A DNA stretch of 64,000 nt from Octopus sinensis (Eukaryota), in contig NC_043008.1 of the NCBI RefSeq assembly GCF_006345805.1, positions 23,560,001 to 23,624,000 of the forward strand, written 5' to 3'. The position numbers and the translations under genes were made by a program. The notes under the pieces are model-generated. The model was not told the origin of the DNA, searched no databases, and saw only the letters and a program-made list of their open reading frames with translations. This document shows, piece after piece, positions 38,561-52,400 of this stretch; position 1 is the stretch's first letter; every line of letters starts with the position of its first letter.

Positions 38561-40457
38561 AAGCAAAATCCGTAGAAATTTCACGGGTGTAGTTAGTGAA
38601 TGTATCTACATAAAAAACTCATAGACAAGCTTGAAGTTTCTCTGTATGCTCGTTAGTGGGATTAATACAATTACACAATGTAAGGGAAAGCGTGAGTCTT
38701 CTTAAAAGACCTCCTCTGTATTTTCCCACTTCTTATTGATTCATTCCTGCATTAATTCTACACCTGATAGTCTCTAAATTTTTCTAAAACATTGTTAATC
38801 TTGTCATCGAATCCGATGTCCTCAGGCATTCCAAAAGCCAAGAGTGTTGTGCATTATCATATGTTTACTTGTAGCCTATCCAACGAATGGTTAAGATCTT
38901 ATTAGCGCTTCGCTTCATATACTAGTGACATACGACAGATAAGCAGTTCCCTCGACTTTTTTCTACATTACTTCTGCTCTTCTAGTAATAGATTTTTCTT
39001 CAGAAAACTATACAGTTCATCTGCTAGCAGCCAGTAATTTCCAGAACTGTGGTATGTAATAGACCTATAATTTTGCTGTATGTAATAGATCTATAACATT
39101 GAATCATGGTAGAGTGGTTAGAGATGCCAGTGTCTCGTATAGTGATAGCAATAGAGGTTAATGTGAGGTGAGGACAAGGCCAGTATCGTTAAGCGTGACA
39201 AGGGTGTAAGATATACCCCGATGTGAGCAGTGGAAAAGAGGAGAGAGAACAAATGCTGGACTGAAAGAAGAGAAAGAAAATTTTTATGTTGGCAACGAAG
39301 GCGAAATAAAAAAAAATATATTTAAACAGAACATTTAAGTCAATTAACTGTTAGATATAATTCTCTTTCTTGTACTTCGTGCTACACAAAAAAAATATAT
39401 TCTAAATTAGAATAAAAGAAGAGGAAAAATGAGTTGTGGAGCAAAAAATAAGAGGGTATGAAGAGGAAAGAAAAATAAAGCAATGAAGTTTCTTCCTCGG
39501 TTCTCGTACGACAAAGCAGAGAAAAAAGTTTAAACAGAAGAAAATATAAAAAAGAAAGAATTTTGAAACAAAATAATTGGAGAGTAACAAGAATGAAAAA
39601 ACCTTAACACAATAATAAATTTAAATAGATCATTACATTTAGCGTTTCCCTGACGATGAGTAAATGTGGTCGCCACGTGTCAATATTGCTTCTCCATAGC
39701 TCGTCCCTTTTGTAGAACAGCAGTTTCGGACGAAGAATTGACCGAGCCAGGCCTTTGGCACGTGGGTTGTTGTCAGGAGCTCACAGTCGGGTATCATGTC
39801 GGTGGAAGTTCTTCTATAGCGTTCTTATTGAATATTAATGGCAAGCAAGAGCGAGACGCACTTGGTAAAAATTTGGGCGTCGAAAGGAACCGACTAGTTA
39901 GTCTTCTCCGAGAGAATTTTGGTCCATGTCCTACTGATAATTTCCAGAAATCTCTGGACTGACAGTCGTACCAGAAGTGGAGGGATTGTCAGCTCAAGAG
40001 TCATGGTAATGCCGTCAGTCGGGTCTACAGGAGATACACGCCGAGGAAACGAAACGGTTCTGCACCTGAACGGATAGTGCCCGAGCATTGCTGACCTGTG
40101 GTGTTATGTCAAACAGCGACTATTGTGTGTAGAAAGGATCTGGCAATCGGCCGACTCTATCGTAAAAATCATCTCACAGTTCTCCTTTGATTGGGAAGAG
40201 CATAGTCTCATGGCTATGGTGAAAGGTAGAGTCCCTTAAATCCTAAGCTGTTGCAAGTATATATGTGTGTTTCTTAACGCGCTAGTTACATTTAGTGACA
40301 ATAATAATTTTTCTTCGTGGTAGAATATTGCAACCTGCTGTTTCTATTAATTTTATGTATACACATTATCGAATCGGTAAATCATCTATTAATTTGGATG
40401 ACGAAAGCATATATACTAATGGAGAAGCAAACCGAAGAAAGCCGAGATTCAGCAGGA

Positions 40458-40505
40458 CTTAATCAATGAGGTAACGAAATTGTCGAAACTGACTTCAGTA
40501 TTAAG
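40458..40505 (+). ncRNA. Decayed hammerhead motif (core mutated)
   Basis: CTTAA-TCAATGA-GGTAA CGAAA TTGTC-GAAA-CTGA CT TCAG-TA-TTAAG; three stems intact but core reads TCAATGA; ~200 nt upstream of a Penelope fragment. Confidence 0.5.
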
Positions 40506-40709
40506 AATACTCGATCGGTATTTTTCGAACGATTCAGGTCCCTGTTAGTGTATATGTTTTCATTAATGTGCATTAACTACAGCATTAGAACATTTTAGCT
40601 CCTATTTCTAGCAATGTAGGTGTTTCTTAACACCCTAGTCATATTTAGTGAGAGTTATATACACCCTAGTCATATTTAGTGAGAGTTATAACACCCTAGT
40701 CATATTTAG

Positions 40710-41440
40710 TGAGAGTTATATTACTAGAAAGAAAATACCCGGCCAGTCTAATCATGAATGGAATAGAATGTGCAAAAATGATAGACATCCGAGAGTTACA
40801 GATAACAAGAAAACACCATGACACACTTAAAACTCTATCTTACGTATCAGCACACAATCCAAGAAACATGGGAGCATACAACATCGTCCACCAAAACATA
40901 CCCCTCCTTATGAAGGACCCGCGAATGAAAAAGGTACTGGAAACACATAGGATTATTAAAAGCAAGAGACAACCGCAATCCTTAAAAAAATTACTCCCCA
41001 GCGCCAAATTACCCACCAAAAATACAACCCCATAAGACTAAAAGTGCAACCGCTCTAACTACGGAACTTGCATCTTCCTCTTAGAGGGCTCAACATAGAA
41101 ATTTAAGTCAGGTCAAACTTTTACCATAAACTATGACTTCACCTGTGCTTTGAAGAACTTAATCTATGTTCTCAAGTGTGGAGGTTGTAGTGGGGACTAC
41201 ATAGGTCAATCTAGCTTAACTTTGAGGGATAGACTTACGGTACACAGGCAACAAATCTGGGACCCCCATCACTAGGAAAATTCCCGTAAGCAAGTACCTA
41301 GACCAATGCCCCGTAGACATAAACCCTAAATACTAAATCTTCCCTCTCTATTAATGCACTGGAAACACTTCAACCAAATTTTCTTTAAATAAGGAAATTA
41401 TACTGATTAAAAAATATAAACCACAGTTAAATATCCTTTA
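40710..41440 (+). mobile_element. Penelope-like 3' fragment (RT thumb/linker + GIY-YIG)
   Basis: KYPASLI, HNPRN, KSKRQPQSLKKLL, FTCALKNLIYVLKCGGC..DYIGQS...RLTVHRQQI, YKPQLN; preceded by three ~30-bp tandem repeats at 40631-40720. Confidence 0.85.
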
Positions 41441-41789
41441 GAAAGAAGAAAAAAACTGTAAAAAGATAAGAAAAAGACTCAATTTCAACATCAAAAACAA
41501 CCAGGAACAACAAAAAATTTTAAAAAAACAACTTTAGAAACAAACTTCCACCCGGGTTCCGAAACCGCAACTCCGAATCGTCATACAAACACTTGTTGCC
41601 GACATCACGTACCTCTAGTCCAATGAAATTTTACAAACACCAGTTGCTGACGTCACCTAACTCCAGACCAATCAAAACCGAAATGACCCTTTAAGAGAGC
41701 CAACCAACCGGAACGACTTACGACCGTCTCCACAGGGAAACCAATCATTTGGGTCTGGAGCTAACCAGGGTGGTATCACTATTTTTTGT

Positions 41790-42580
41790 GTTTCTACTTG
41801 TGGTGTATGCAGTGTATGTCTATTCTGTTAAATATTTCTGTGTCGTCTTCAGTGTTAACGGTTCTCTTTTTCTTTCTAGTAGTTGTTGGAGGTGACCCTG
41901 CAGCCACATCTCTCTTTCTTTTTGGAAGTTCAATGAATTCTTCTTCGTCTGTGTCTTCCGTATTTTCTTCCAAGATTGGGGCTGTTGTCTCGGTACTTCT
42001 CTCTAGTTTACGTTGGCTTTTACTTATTTCATTATTTAGCTCGGGGCACTTTGCTTTCATGTGCCCCTTTACACAGCAGTGGTAGCAGGTGGGTGAACGA
42101 CCTTCTACTATCACTCTTAATTTCGTATCTTCTGGCAACAGTATTTCTTCCGTTACGAAATTTAATTCTTCTTGGCTGGCTTGGACCACCATTTCTACCT
42201 CAGCGATTCAGCTTCTTATTTCTTGTGACTTGCAAAATTTTGACTTCTTCCGTTTCATAAGTTATGGCTGCAACTAAACATGCTTCCTCTATTTCTGGTG
42301 GTATCCTGCGAATCTTGATTCTCGCGAGTCTTTTGCCGCAGTAGGTTGGCAGGAGTACACATTGCAGTGATTTCAGAGTTTCAGTGGAGTGATTGATTGC
42401 CACTTCTTCTGTGGCAAACCATACCTCCACTGTGCCGTACTTTCTTCCTCTGGTGGTTACACTTTTCACATTTTCTTGGCATTTTTCAATAGCCTCCTCC
42501 GTCGCCATCTCAATTTTCTTGCTGGATAGGGACAGCGTTCTGTATACCACTGTCCTTCTTCTGGTTACATTGGTCACTTC
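41790..42580 (-). pseudogene. Gag-like ORF1 (RRM-like region + CCHC knuckle) of an L1/Tx1-type retrotransposon
   Basis: GRKYGTVEVWFATEEVA...ARIKIRRIPPEI; GRSPTCYHCCVKGHMKAKC (CX2CX4HX4C). Confidence 0.6.
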
Positions 42581-42925
42581 CTCTGGAGGTGTCAGTCACT
42601 GCCTTCCACCTCCTTCTGGAACAGCTCCGTGTGACTTCCAAACTTCTTGAGGTCTACTGCTACCTCTTGCACTTCCAATGTGTTGAAACTTTGATGATAT
42701 TCATTTCTTGTCGATCGTTACAAACTTTAGTGAGTTTTGTACATTCAAACAAATTGATGCACAGTTTTAATACTATTGACTGTTATGAATATTTAACTTG
42801 TCAACATCGAAATTTTTGAACATGTTTTTCTAATTCATAATTCTAAATTTGTCTGTTATGAACATTTAAATTAGTCAACGTTGAAACTTTTAAAGATGTT
42901 GTTCTGATTCATAATTCAAAATTTT

Positions 42926-42967
42926 TACCATTGATAAACAAAAAATATTGTTGAAACTTGTTTGGTA
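42926..42967 (+). ncRNA. Hammerhead motif, U3-A8 core variant
   Basis: TACCA-TTGATAA-ACAA AAAATA TTGT(T)-GAAA-C TT G-TT-TGGTA; perfect 5-bp stem I; GUU site; (TA)n ~80 nt downstream. Confidence 0.65.
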
Positions 42968-43111
42968 TATATGTAAATAAACTTATTTTAAACAATTACA
43001 AGTTTTTCAAATTTAGGTGCATTTTCAATAACAAATTTGCCTATATATATGTATGTATGCATGTATGTATGTATGTATGTATGTATGTATGTATGTATGT
43101 ATGTATATATA

Positions 43112-43247
<136 letters not shown>

Positions 43248-43367
43248 AAGTTAAAATTGACTAGAGAGATATAATTGACAATCCAATAACTTATATATAT
43301 TATAATATAATGCAATATAATATAACATAATATAAGATAACATAAACAATTATTAAAAATATCAAAC

Positions 43368-43440
43368 GGCTAACAATTTGTTCCGACTTATATACATGTT
43401 TTTGATAACACCTACTATATATATAAACCTCATCAGAGCC
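43368..43440 (-). ncRNA. Hammerhead-like motif in left arm (partner at 44732-44808, plus)
   Basis: Left: GGCT-CTGATGA-10-bp stem II-GGAA-CAAATTG-TT-AGCC. Right: GACT-CTGATGA...GAAA-CAAATTG-TT-GGCT. The consensus of the two is a complete HHR. Confidence 0.55.
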
Positions 43441-44882
43441 AGAGTTTAAAGATTGACGAAATTCCGTGTGAAAGGACAGCTGGATTGTAAAAAATTAGTT
43501 TAAATGCGTATGCATTATGAGCGTGAGCGCTCACTATTCAATTACAATTAAAAACATTAAATAATTTTATCGGACAAAATAATTAAGTAGGTGTAATCTA
43601 CAACAATTTAGAAAAGTTAGAAAATTTGATTCCATTTATGCTATTCTTGTAGTTACTTTTTTATACATCATTATATTAGTATTAATATTAATTACACATT
43701 ATAAATAAGATGTCTTCATAATAATAAATGAATATATGTATAAATACATTCATTTAATTTATTAATTAATCTATGACAATTGTAATAATGATAATAATGA
43801 TAATAATGATAATAATAAATAGTTTTAATTGACTTAATAAATATATTTAATAACCAGAATAATTATTATAATATTGTATAGTTTATAACTTGTGTTCTTA
43901 TTACAACAATATCATTTTGTTAATTCGGAAAGAATTAATATAATTTGTATATATATTATTTATAATCATTTAATTTTAAAATGATAATATTAATTATTTC
44001 ATCGTGAGCAATCCTTAATACTTCTTTTGTTTAATTTTTACTTATCTACAGAGTTCTCCCTTCCATAATAAACGAATAATAATCCTTATTCAGGTAATTC
44101 CCAATTTGGGTAATTCTAAAAAAAAAATTGTAATATGTCGATATCCATTATTACAGCCTAACATTGTATCTATGGAGTATTTAGGTTATAGCGTTTACAG
44201 CCATGGGTTTATCTTCATATTTATTACGGAATTCTCCCTATGATAAATTAAGTAAACAAAGAAAATATTTTAAATAGGTTTCTATTTCACATTTATTACG
44301 GAATTATGCCTCCGATAAACAATAATTATAGAACATTCCTATTAATTACTTGAAACAATAATTTTTTATATCAATAGAAGAGTTATTAAGGATATAATTA
44401 TTCATATTTTTACACGTTTTATTACAGTTCTATATAAATCAAGACCATGATACTTAATTATATACACATATATATATCATTGTTCTATGTTATAAAAGCA
44501 AAAGATTCTCTTAGATATAAACGAGTTTGGATTAATATTATTTGTGATATATAGAAATATATTTCGATAGTTGTACTTAATTAGTTAGTCCGTTAAATTG
44601 TTTTGCTTTTTAATTGTAATTGATAAGTAATTGAATAGTGAGCGCTCACGCTCATAATACATATGCATTTAAATTATTTCTTTACAATCCAGCCGTCCTT
44701 TCACACGGAATTTCGTCTATCTTTAAACTATGACTCTGATGAGGCCTATATATAAGGAAATTATTTATATATTAAAAAATGGATACAAGTCGAAACAAAT
44801 TGTTGGCTGTTTGATGTTTTAATAATTGTTTATTTTATCTTATGTTATATTATATTCATAATATATTATGTTATATTATATT

Positions 44883-45765
44883 ACTAGCTGACGTACCCAG
44901 TAAATCCCGGAAAAACAGGGTTTATCCCTTGGTTCCGTTCTCATAATTGTTTCGCTAATCCAATAACAACAATACAAAGTATGTAGCCCTTAAAACGGTT
45001 TTCGGGCATTTACAGAGAATACCGAACTGTCTTGCACAGGATCTTGTTTTTAAGAATTCTCAATAAGTTATGAATACCCAAATTGTGAGGTCAGTTATGT
45101 AATAGCATGAAATTAGTTACCCGATAGGAAGAATTCAACAAAAGTAGCCCTAAAAAGGGCTGTAGTGCGTCCCCATAGTATATAGAACATATGAGGAAAT
45201 AATAAGGTATGTATACTAAAATCGTGAAGCATGTTACGTAATAACGGGCAACTCAGATAATAGATAACAATTCAAAGTAAATAACTCTGAAAAGGGCTTT
45301 TGTGCGTTCTCAGAGGCGTTAGTTTTGGTATATTCATGAATAAGTCACTAACCGAAATAAGTGGATCTATTGTTTAGGAGAATAGCATTTACTTGTTTAA
45401 GCGTTGTACTGGATAATTTGCGAAAATAACTCCAACAGTTCAAATACTAATAAGCTTGATAAATTTCTCTTTTACCAAATAATTTAGGAAAATGAATGGG
45501 TTATTTCCCTTGGCTATATATAAGGATCCCTTCCAGGGGCGAATGGGTTATCTCCCTTGGTTTTTAAAATAAAATATATTAGACGTATACAAAGATCCCT
45601 TCTTTGAGTCTTTTTATCAATTTTTTAACAGAGTATGCTATGAAGTTTCCAGACATGAGTTCTACTCACGTGTCAATTTTCCTCAAAATCTATAAAACGA
45701 TGTAGGAGAAGTTAGTTAACAACTCCACAAACACACCCACAGAAAGAATTTCCCACATATGTAGT
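44883..45765 (+). mobile_element. Non-autonomous Helitron-like (Lep1-type ends) insertion
   Basis: Starts TACTAGCTGACGTACCC; ends with GTGTCAATTTTCCTCAAAATC...ACAAACACACCCACAG; internal ~150-bp imperfect repeats; interrupts the foldback arm. Confidence 0.45.
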
Positions 45766-46059
45766 AAATAATTATTATTAGATTGTCAATTGTATCTCTC
45801 TATTTAATGTTATCTTTGTAATTTGCATTATACATTATACTGACGTACCAGTGAATTGGATGTTTCACACACCCCTTTGAAGGAAGTATATTCCTTAGTT
45901 CGTTAATAATCGGAGTTTTATCATGGCTACCGAATAATTGTCACATAATATATTTACAGATAAATTCCTCTATTTACATAATATCGAGTTCTCTTTCATT
46001 CTTTTGTTGTCTTGCCATTTCTATCAATATATATATTGCCATCTTTCATACGGCTAACA

Positions 46060-46575
46060 TGCCCAAGCCATCTCATACGTCTTTGTTTGCATTCCTCACA
46101 CAAAGACGTATGAGATGGCTTGGGCATGTTAGCCGTATGACAGATGGCAGAATCCCCAATGACATACTCTACGGAGAGCTTGCTAGGGGTACTAGGTCTG
46201 TGGGCAGACCGTTCTTACGTTACAAGGATGTTTGCAAAAGGGGCATGAAGGCCTGCAACATCAACATTAACGGTTGGGAGGCAGTTGCCGGCAACCGTGG
46301 AGACTGGCGACGTACCGTAAAAGAGGGAATACAAAGGAGTGACAGAGAGAGAGAGAAGAGAAATGGAAAGACAAGAAAAGACGTCAACAAGAAACTATGG
46401 CATTACAACCAGCTAGGAACAGTCTTCGCTACATTTGCGGTACCTGCCAGAGGGACTGTTTGTCCAAGATAGGACTACATAGCCACAGCAGGAAATGTAT
46501 CAGGACGTGAAATGTAAAAGCCGGACTAAACTATTTTATGCGCAACTCCATTGTCTCCCGAGACAAAAAGGATGC

Positions 46576-46587
<12 letters not shown>
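46060..46587 (+). mobile_element. RTE LINE 3' fragment
   Basis: QRRMRWLGHVSRMTDGRIPNDILYGEL..GRPFLRYKDVCK; CGTCQRDCLSKIGLHSH; (CAA)n tail. Confidence 0.9.
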
Positions 46588-46650
<63 letters not shown>

Positions 46651-47539
46651 ATACATACATATACATGTGTGTGTATGGGTGTGTGTGTGTGTGTGTATGT
46701 ATATATAATTTCATATAAATTTATAAGAATAAGAACATATGTTACATACACAATTTTATAATTTTGGTAATTACAAGCCTTACGACCACTTAGCTAAATA
46801 CTTATGTTGTAAACAATCCCATATACTATTTGTAATTTGTATCATTTTATTATTTGTTATTTGTTGTTAGGTATTACTTTTATAGAAAATCTTCATAATA
46901 TATAATGTATTTAATGTTTATTCTATGTCAAACTTAAATCATCCGTATTACTTACCATTTCGAAATGTTATTGAAACGTGTATAACTGGGCTTGGTTACT
47001 CGGGTGTGCAATTTAAAATCTATCATTTAACTTTCAAACTATTTTGTTTCAATCACATACAATTCTATATGTCCAAACACTCGCGCACACACACACACAC
47101 ATACACTTACTCACACATACGTACACAAACACGCACCCACACACACAATTGTATATTATTCTTTCCTTTAATTTTGCTTTTATTCACATTTGTTTTATCT
47201 ATCTTCCCTGGGGAACTTTTACTGTATATGTTATATAAAGAGTACATTGGTGTGCATGCGAGTCACCTGTGACATTTATCATTTCGAAATATTACTGAAA
47301 TGTGCAGGATGGCAGAGAATATGAACACTTGACCGTGATTTTCGTTTCTCCGTCAGAATCCTAAACCGTTATTTCCAGTCTTAACCCTTAGCTGTAACCC
47401 TTAACCCGAACCTTAGACCTAACCTTAATCCCAAACTAATCTTAATCCTAACCATAAATATTAACCCTAAAGCCTCAATTCTTCGTCTTGCACTACTCCA
47501 AACACTTGTCTATGGAAATAGACAAGTGCATCTTCGGGT

Positions 47540-48920
47540 AGGAATGTTAGCACGCCGGGCGAAATGCTTAGCGGTATTTCGTCTGTTTTTACGTTGTGAG
47601 TTCAAATTCCGCCGAGGTCGACTTTGCCTTTCATCCTTTCGGGGTCGATAAATTAAGTACCAGTTACGCACTGGGGTCGATATAATCGACTTAATACCTA
47701 TGTCTGTCCTTGTTTGTCCCCTCTATATTTAGCCCCTTGTGGGTAATAAAGAAATAGGTATTTCGTCTGTCGTTACGTTTTGAGTTCAAATTTCGCCGAG
47801 GTCGACTTTGCCTTTCATCCTTTCGGGGTCGATAAACTAAGTCCCAGTTATGCACTGGGGTCGATCTAATCGACTTAATACCTATGTCTGTCCTTGTTTG
47901 TCCCCTCTATGTTTAGCCCCTTGTGGGTAATAAAGAAATAGGTATTTCGTCTGTCTTTACGTTGTGAGTTCAAATTCCGCCGAGGTCGACTTTGCCTTTC
48001 ATCCTTGCGCGGTCGATAAATTAAGTACCAGTAGTGTACTGGGGTCGATCTAATCGACTGGCCCCCTCCCTCAAAATTTAGGGCATTGTGCCTAGAGGAG
48101 AAAAGAATATCATTTGTTTAGTTCCTCATCGAACCTAAAACAAAAATTATGAGTAGATGCAATATATTCGTATTTTTGATAACGAACGTTTTTGCATGAC
48201 TTTGATTTTTACTTTTCTAGCTCTTAGTATGCAATTTTTCCTGAGGCAGCGAGCTGGCAGGAACGTTAGCACGCCGGGCGAAATGCGTAGCCGTATTTCG
48301 TCTGCCGTTACGTTCTGAGTTCAAATTCCGCCGAAGTCGACATTGCCTTTCATCCTTTCGTGGTCAATAAATTAAGTACCAGTTACTTAATCCGTTTGTC
48401 TGTCCTTGTTTGTCCTCTCTGTGTTTAGCCCCTTGTGGGTAGTAAAGAAATAGGTATTTCGCCAGCCGCTACGTTGTGAGTCAAATTCCGCCGAGATCGA
48501 CTTTGCCGTTCATCCTTTCGGGGTCGTTAAATTAAGTACCAGATGAATACTGGGGTCGATGTAATCGACTTAATCCGTTTGTCTGTCCTTGTTTGTCCCT
48601 TCTGTGTTTAGCCCCTTCTGTCGGTACGTTCTGAGTTCAAATTCCGCCGAGGGCAACTTTGCCTTCATCGTTTCGGGGTCGATTAAATAAGTACCAGTAG
48701 TGTACTTGGGTCGATATAATCGACTTAATCCGTTTGTCTGTCCTTGTTTGTCCTCTCTGAGTTTAGCCCCTTGTGGGTAGTAAAGAAATAGGTATTTCGT
48801 ATGTCTTTACTTTCGGAGTTCAAATTCCGCGGAGGTCAACTTTGCCTTTCATCATTTCGGAGTCGATAAAATAAGTACCAGTTGCATACTGGGGTCGATA
48901 TAATCGACTTACAATACAAC
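47540..48920 (+). repeat. Two tandem arrays of SINE-derived ~183-bp units
   Basis: GGTATTTCGTCTG..GAGTTCAAATT..GTCGACTTTGCCTTTCATCC..AAGTACCAGT at 47575, 47758, 47941, then ~48295-48900. Confidence 0.9.
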
Positions 48921-48999
48921 TACCCAGAAATTGTTGGCCTGGTACCAAAATTTGAAATCAATATATAACTGATTCTAAATACCAGTTTGGTGGGTAGGG

Positions 49000-49440
49000 T
49001 TTAATCGATTACATCGAACCCAATACTCTACTATATGCTTCTTTAATTTATCGACCACAGAAGGACGAAAGGTGCATTTAACCTCGGTCGAATTTGAACT
49101 CCGAATGTGAAGAGCTAGTACAAGTTGTTTTATCTGCCTCAGGCGATTTTTTCAGACCACTGGTATGAGCAGTAAATAAGTAGCAAACTGTTCCTAAGTA
49201 AGATGTTAATAAATCGACTTTTTTGAGTATTATACATATTATACATTATGCAATAATGTTTCGAAAGAGAGCTGGCAGAATCGTCATAACGCTGGGCAAA
49301 ATGCTTAGCGGAAGTTCGTCCGTCTTAACGTTCTGAGTTCAAATTCTTCCAAGTTTGACTTTGTCTTTTATCTTTTCGGGGTCGATATAATCGATTTACC
49401 CTCTCCCCCCGAAATTACTGACCTTGGCCAAAGTTTTAAA
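49000..49440. mobile_element. Decayed SINE fragments (one minus, one plus)
   Basis: GAAGGACGAAAGG..CGAATTTGAACTC and GAGCTGGCAGAATCG..GAGTTCAAATTC. Confidence 0.7.
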
Positions 49441-52400
49441 CTGATACAGTTTCAAGATATAGCATATATTTGGTGTTCGAATTCTCTGTATGTTAAAAAA
49501 TACGGTTTATATTTCGTAAAAATACGTACAGCCAATAAATTTGGTTTATAAAAAATTGAGGGAACAAAATTATGACCAGGTCTTCAAGGAAAAGAAGCAT
49601 ACACATCAGAGAATTCGATGCTGACTCTGTTAAGCAACAATGTATTCATTAGTATTTAAATATTTCGGTCTCATGATAACATCCACCACTGCAGTATCCA
49701 CTCTGATAATTAAACTATTTGCAAAGCTCTATATAAAGGTATTTTACTAGTTTTCAAACGAAAACTTATTTTTCCTACTTTCAAAATTACCAACAATTTT
49801 GTGCTTCAGTGTACACCGACATTCTTGTGTTCTTTGGTATCTCCAAATTATTGTGTTGTTATTTTTCTCAGAAGTTATCCTGATAAAGAATTGGGTTTCG
49901 ATTAACATGACAAAATTGAATTCCCGATTCTCGTTATCTACCCTTTGTATCAGTTTAAGAACTAATCTAATTAATAAAACAGCTCAACTAATTTTTCAAT
50001 CATTGGTAAAATCTACTTTTACTCTGAGACTAGGCCATTTGTTGAATTAATAAAAAAGGAAAATGAAATACTTTATAGTTCAGCGACTGTAATGATTGTC
50101 TATTCCTTAGATTTTGCTTTAATTGTCCTTCATGCAAACGCCCCTGCGCATTATACCACTTAGTGTGAAAGATCTGGTCGGGTTCACTACGCTAAAATAC
50201 ATTTCCTTCAAACTTCGAGTTTTAAAAATCCGAAAAAGATATATATTGAAGTTGGTATTTGCATGGTCATCATTGTAGATGATCAAAATTGCTGCTATAA
50301 AAATATTCTGCATTTTCTGGGTCAGGGTATCTAATGAAGGCCTGGAAGTAGTTCTCAGGATGATAGAAAAGCAACAAAGTTAATTGGAAACCTTTGTTTT
50401 ACATTTGCGCTATAAGTGTATTGTATTTTTCAAGTCCTTTGAAATTATGGATATGGTTTTATAAAACAAGAAAACAATCTTGTTAATTATATATTGATCT
50501 ATTCGTTCTCTACAGAAGATCTAATTTGCATGTATCGTTTAGGAATATGATTTTACAGATCTTCATCACTGTTTCAAGTATCATTTGGCATTAGATTTCC
50601 CAACATTTTCGAAGGTACCGCCCCATAAAAAATCTTCCAAGCCAAATGGTGCTGCCTGCATGTATACCATGCAATTGGGTTTATTCTGACATATAACCAA
50701 TTATACACCAATGTTTGAAACAGCTGAAATCATTGTGATGGTAGGAAGTACAATACTAAGAGTATTCTAAGAATAATCATGCTTTAATGGGCCGTTGTTT
50801 CGTATTCCTGGTATGCTTTCTGCCAAAATAGATGCTGCCTTATGTCAAGAATACTTGTTATATAGATAACATTTTGGCAGGACAATAAGCATACAAAGCT
50901 TGTCAGTGTATCCTTCACCTGTATTAGGTCACTTCCTCTGTCACTTTCATTAGCGAAGAGGTGATCTATTTTTATGTACATTTCAAACCACTTTGCTTTG
51001 CATGTTTCCAGAACCATTTACTAGTATCTCCTTCAATCAATGCATAGAATTATCAGTGATGTTGCTGTTTTTTCCTATTTCCAGTGTACTACAGATTTGC
51101 TCAGTCGCCAACATAATTGATACAATAAACACCATATTGTTTTCAGATCTAGTCGTAGTGAGCAAAAACCTGAACCATGACATTGGTATCTGCTTTGATG
51201 AAGGCCGGGCATGCCTCCAGACAGCACTGTAATGCAGCTGCAGGTTAAGCACTTAATCAATTTTTATCTTTAAACAGAATGTCATGGTCGTCTCTTGTGC
51301 GGTCTGATGTTGAAACCATGCCTAACATTTGGAAGCTTCTCGTTATTCTTGAGTACAGATTGTGTTACGTATTCAGTTAGATCAACTTTCACCTGCTCAT
51401 GAGATAGACAACATTCCATTGATGTGTGTTAAATGCTTGTATCGTTAGCAGATTAGTACTGAAAGGGTGTGTACCTTGACGTCGGTTCTCCTTTGTTTTT
51501 TGCTTTAATGCATCTGTTTTGTGGATGTTAATGACCAGATTATCCTCTTCCAAATTTGCTGTCAACGCCAGAAATCTGCCACTGAATTGTTGGCCTTGTT
51601 GACCAAGGTCTATGACAGATTTCTTTGTCATTTGTTGGATAAGCCCTACTCAGTGGGAATTTTATGAATCTCAGAAGGTAGAGAACATATTTTTGCTTGG
51701 CCAGAAAATTTCTCAGACAATTGCACTTATGCACTCTGAAAGTGTCTGATGATTTTTTCAATTTTACCGCACAATTCGATTTGTCAATATACAGTAAAAA
51801 AGTTCATGGTTCCCGGCTGCATTCTTTTAACCGATATCCTAGTTCCATATGGCTGAAATCACAAGTTCACCGACTGGTTACGGATCTTTTGCTTATTAGT
51901 ACAGTACTATGTGAGTATTTTTTGAAACTGTAACTCAGAACAGAATGGTTCCATCTTGAAGATAATTTGTTATTGGTTTAATCATCACATCAGAACATTT
52001 TCTGCTTTCTGTGTTCCTAAAGGGCTTAATAATGAGGCATATGAAATTCGTGTTTTTGTACTAGTCTAATGCAGGTGTTCCAGACTTAAATTTATTCATT
52101 GGCATTGAGTTGATGGATGTGAGTTTTGGCTTTTCTGTCTATAAGAAATCCATGCACAACCATTTATCTATGGACGAAGGTCTTATGTTGTAGTATAGCC
52201 ATATAAAGCCATAATCTATGCATCAACAATCCCAGAATTTTTTATGTATGTACCTAGAGCTCTCAGTATATCTAACCCTTATGTGTAGCTGATCCAGCCT
52301 AGGAAGACAAATTTTTATCTCAGTCGTTCATTAAATACAGTGACATCGATAACTGTTGGATGTTCTTCATCAACGACCAAGTTATTCAAATGGAACGCTT

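Larger units (their letters stand above)
43255..45815. repeat. AT-rich foldback: ~335-bp arms around a ~1-kb spacer; right arm split by an insertion
   Basis: 43255-43590 is reverse-complementary to 44572-44882 plus 45770-45815 (e.g. GAAATTCCGTGTGAAAGGAC, GAGCGTGAGCGCTCACTATTCAATT). Confidence 0.8.
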
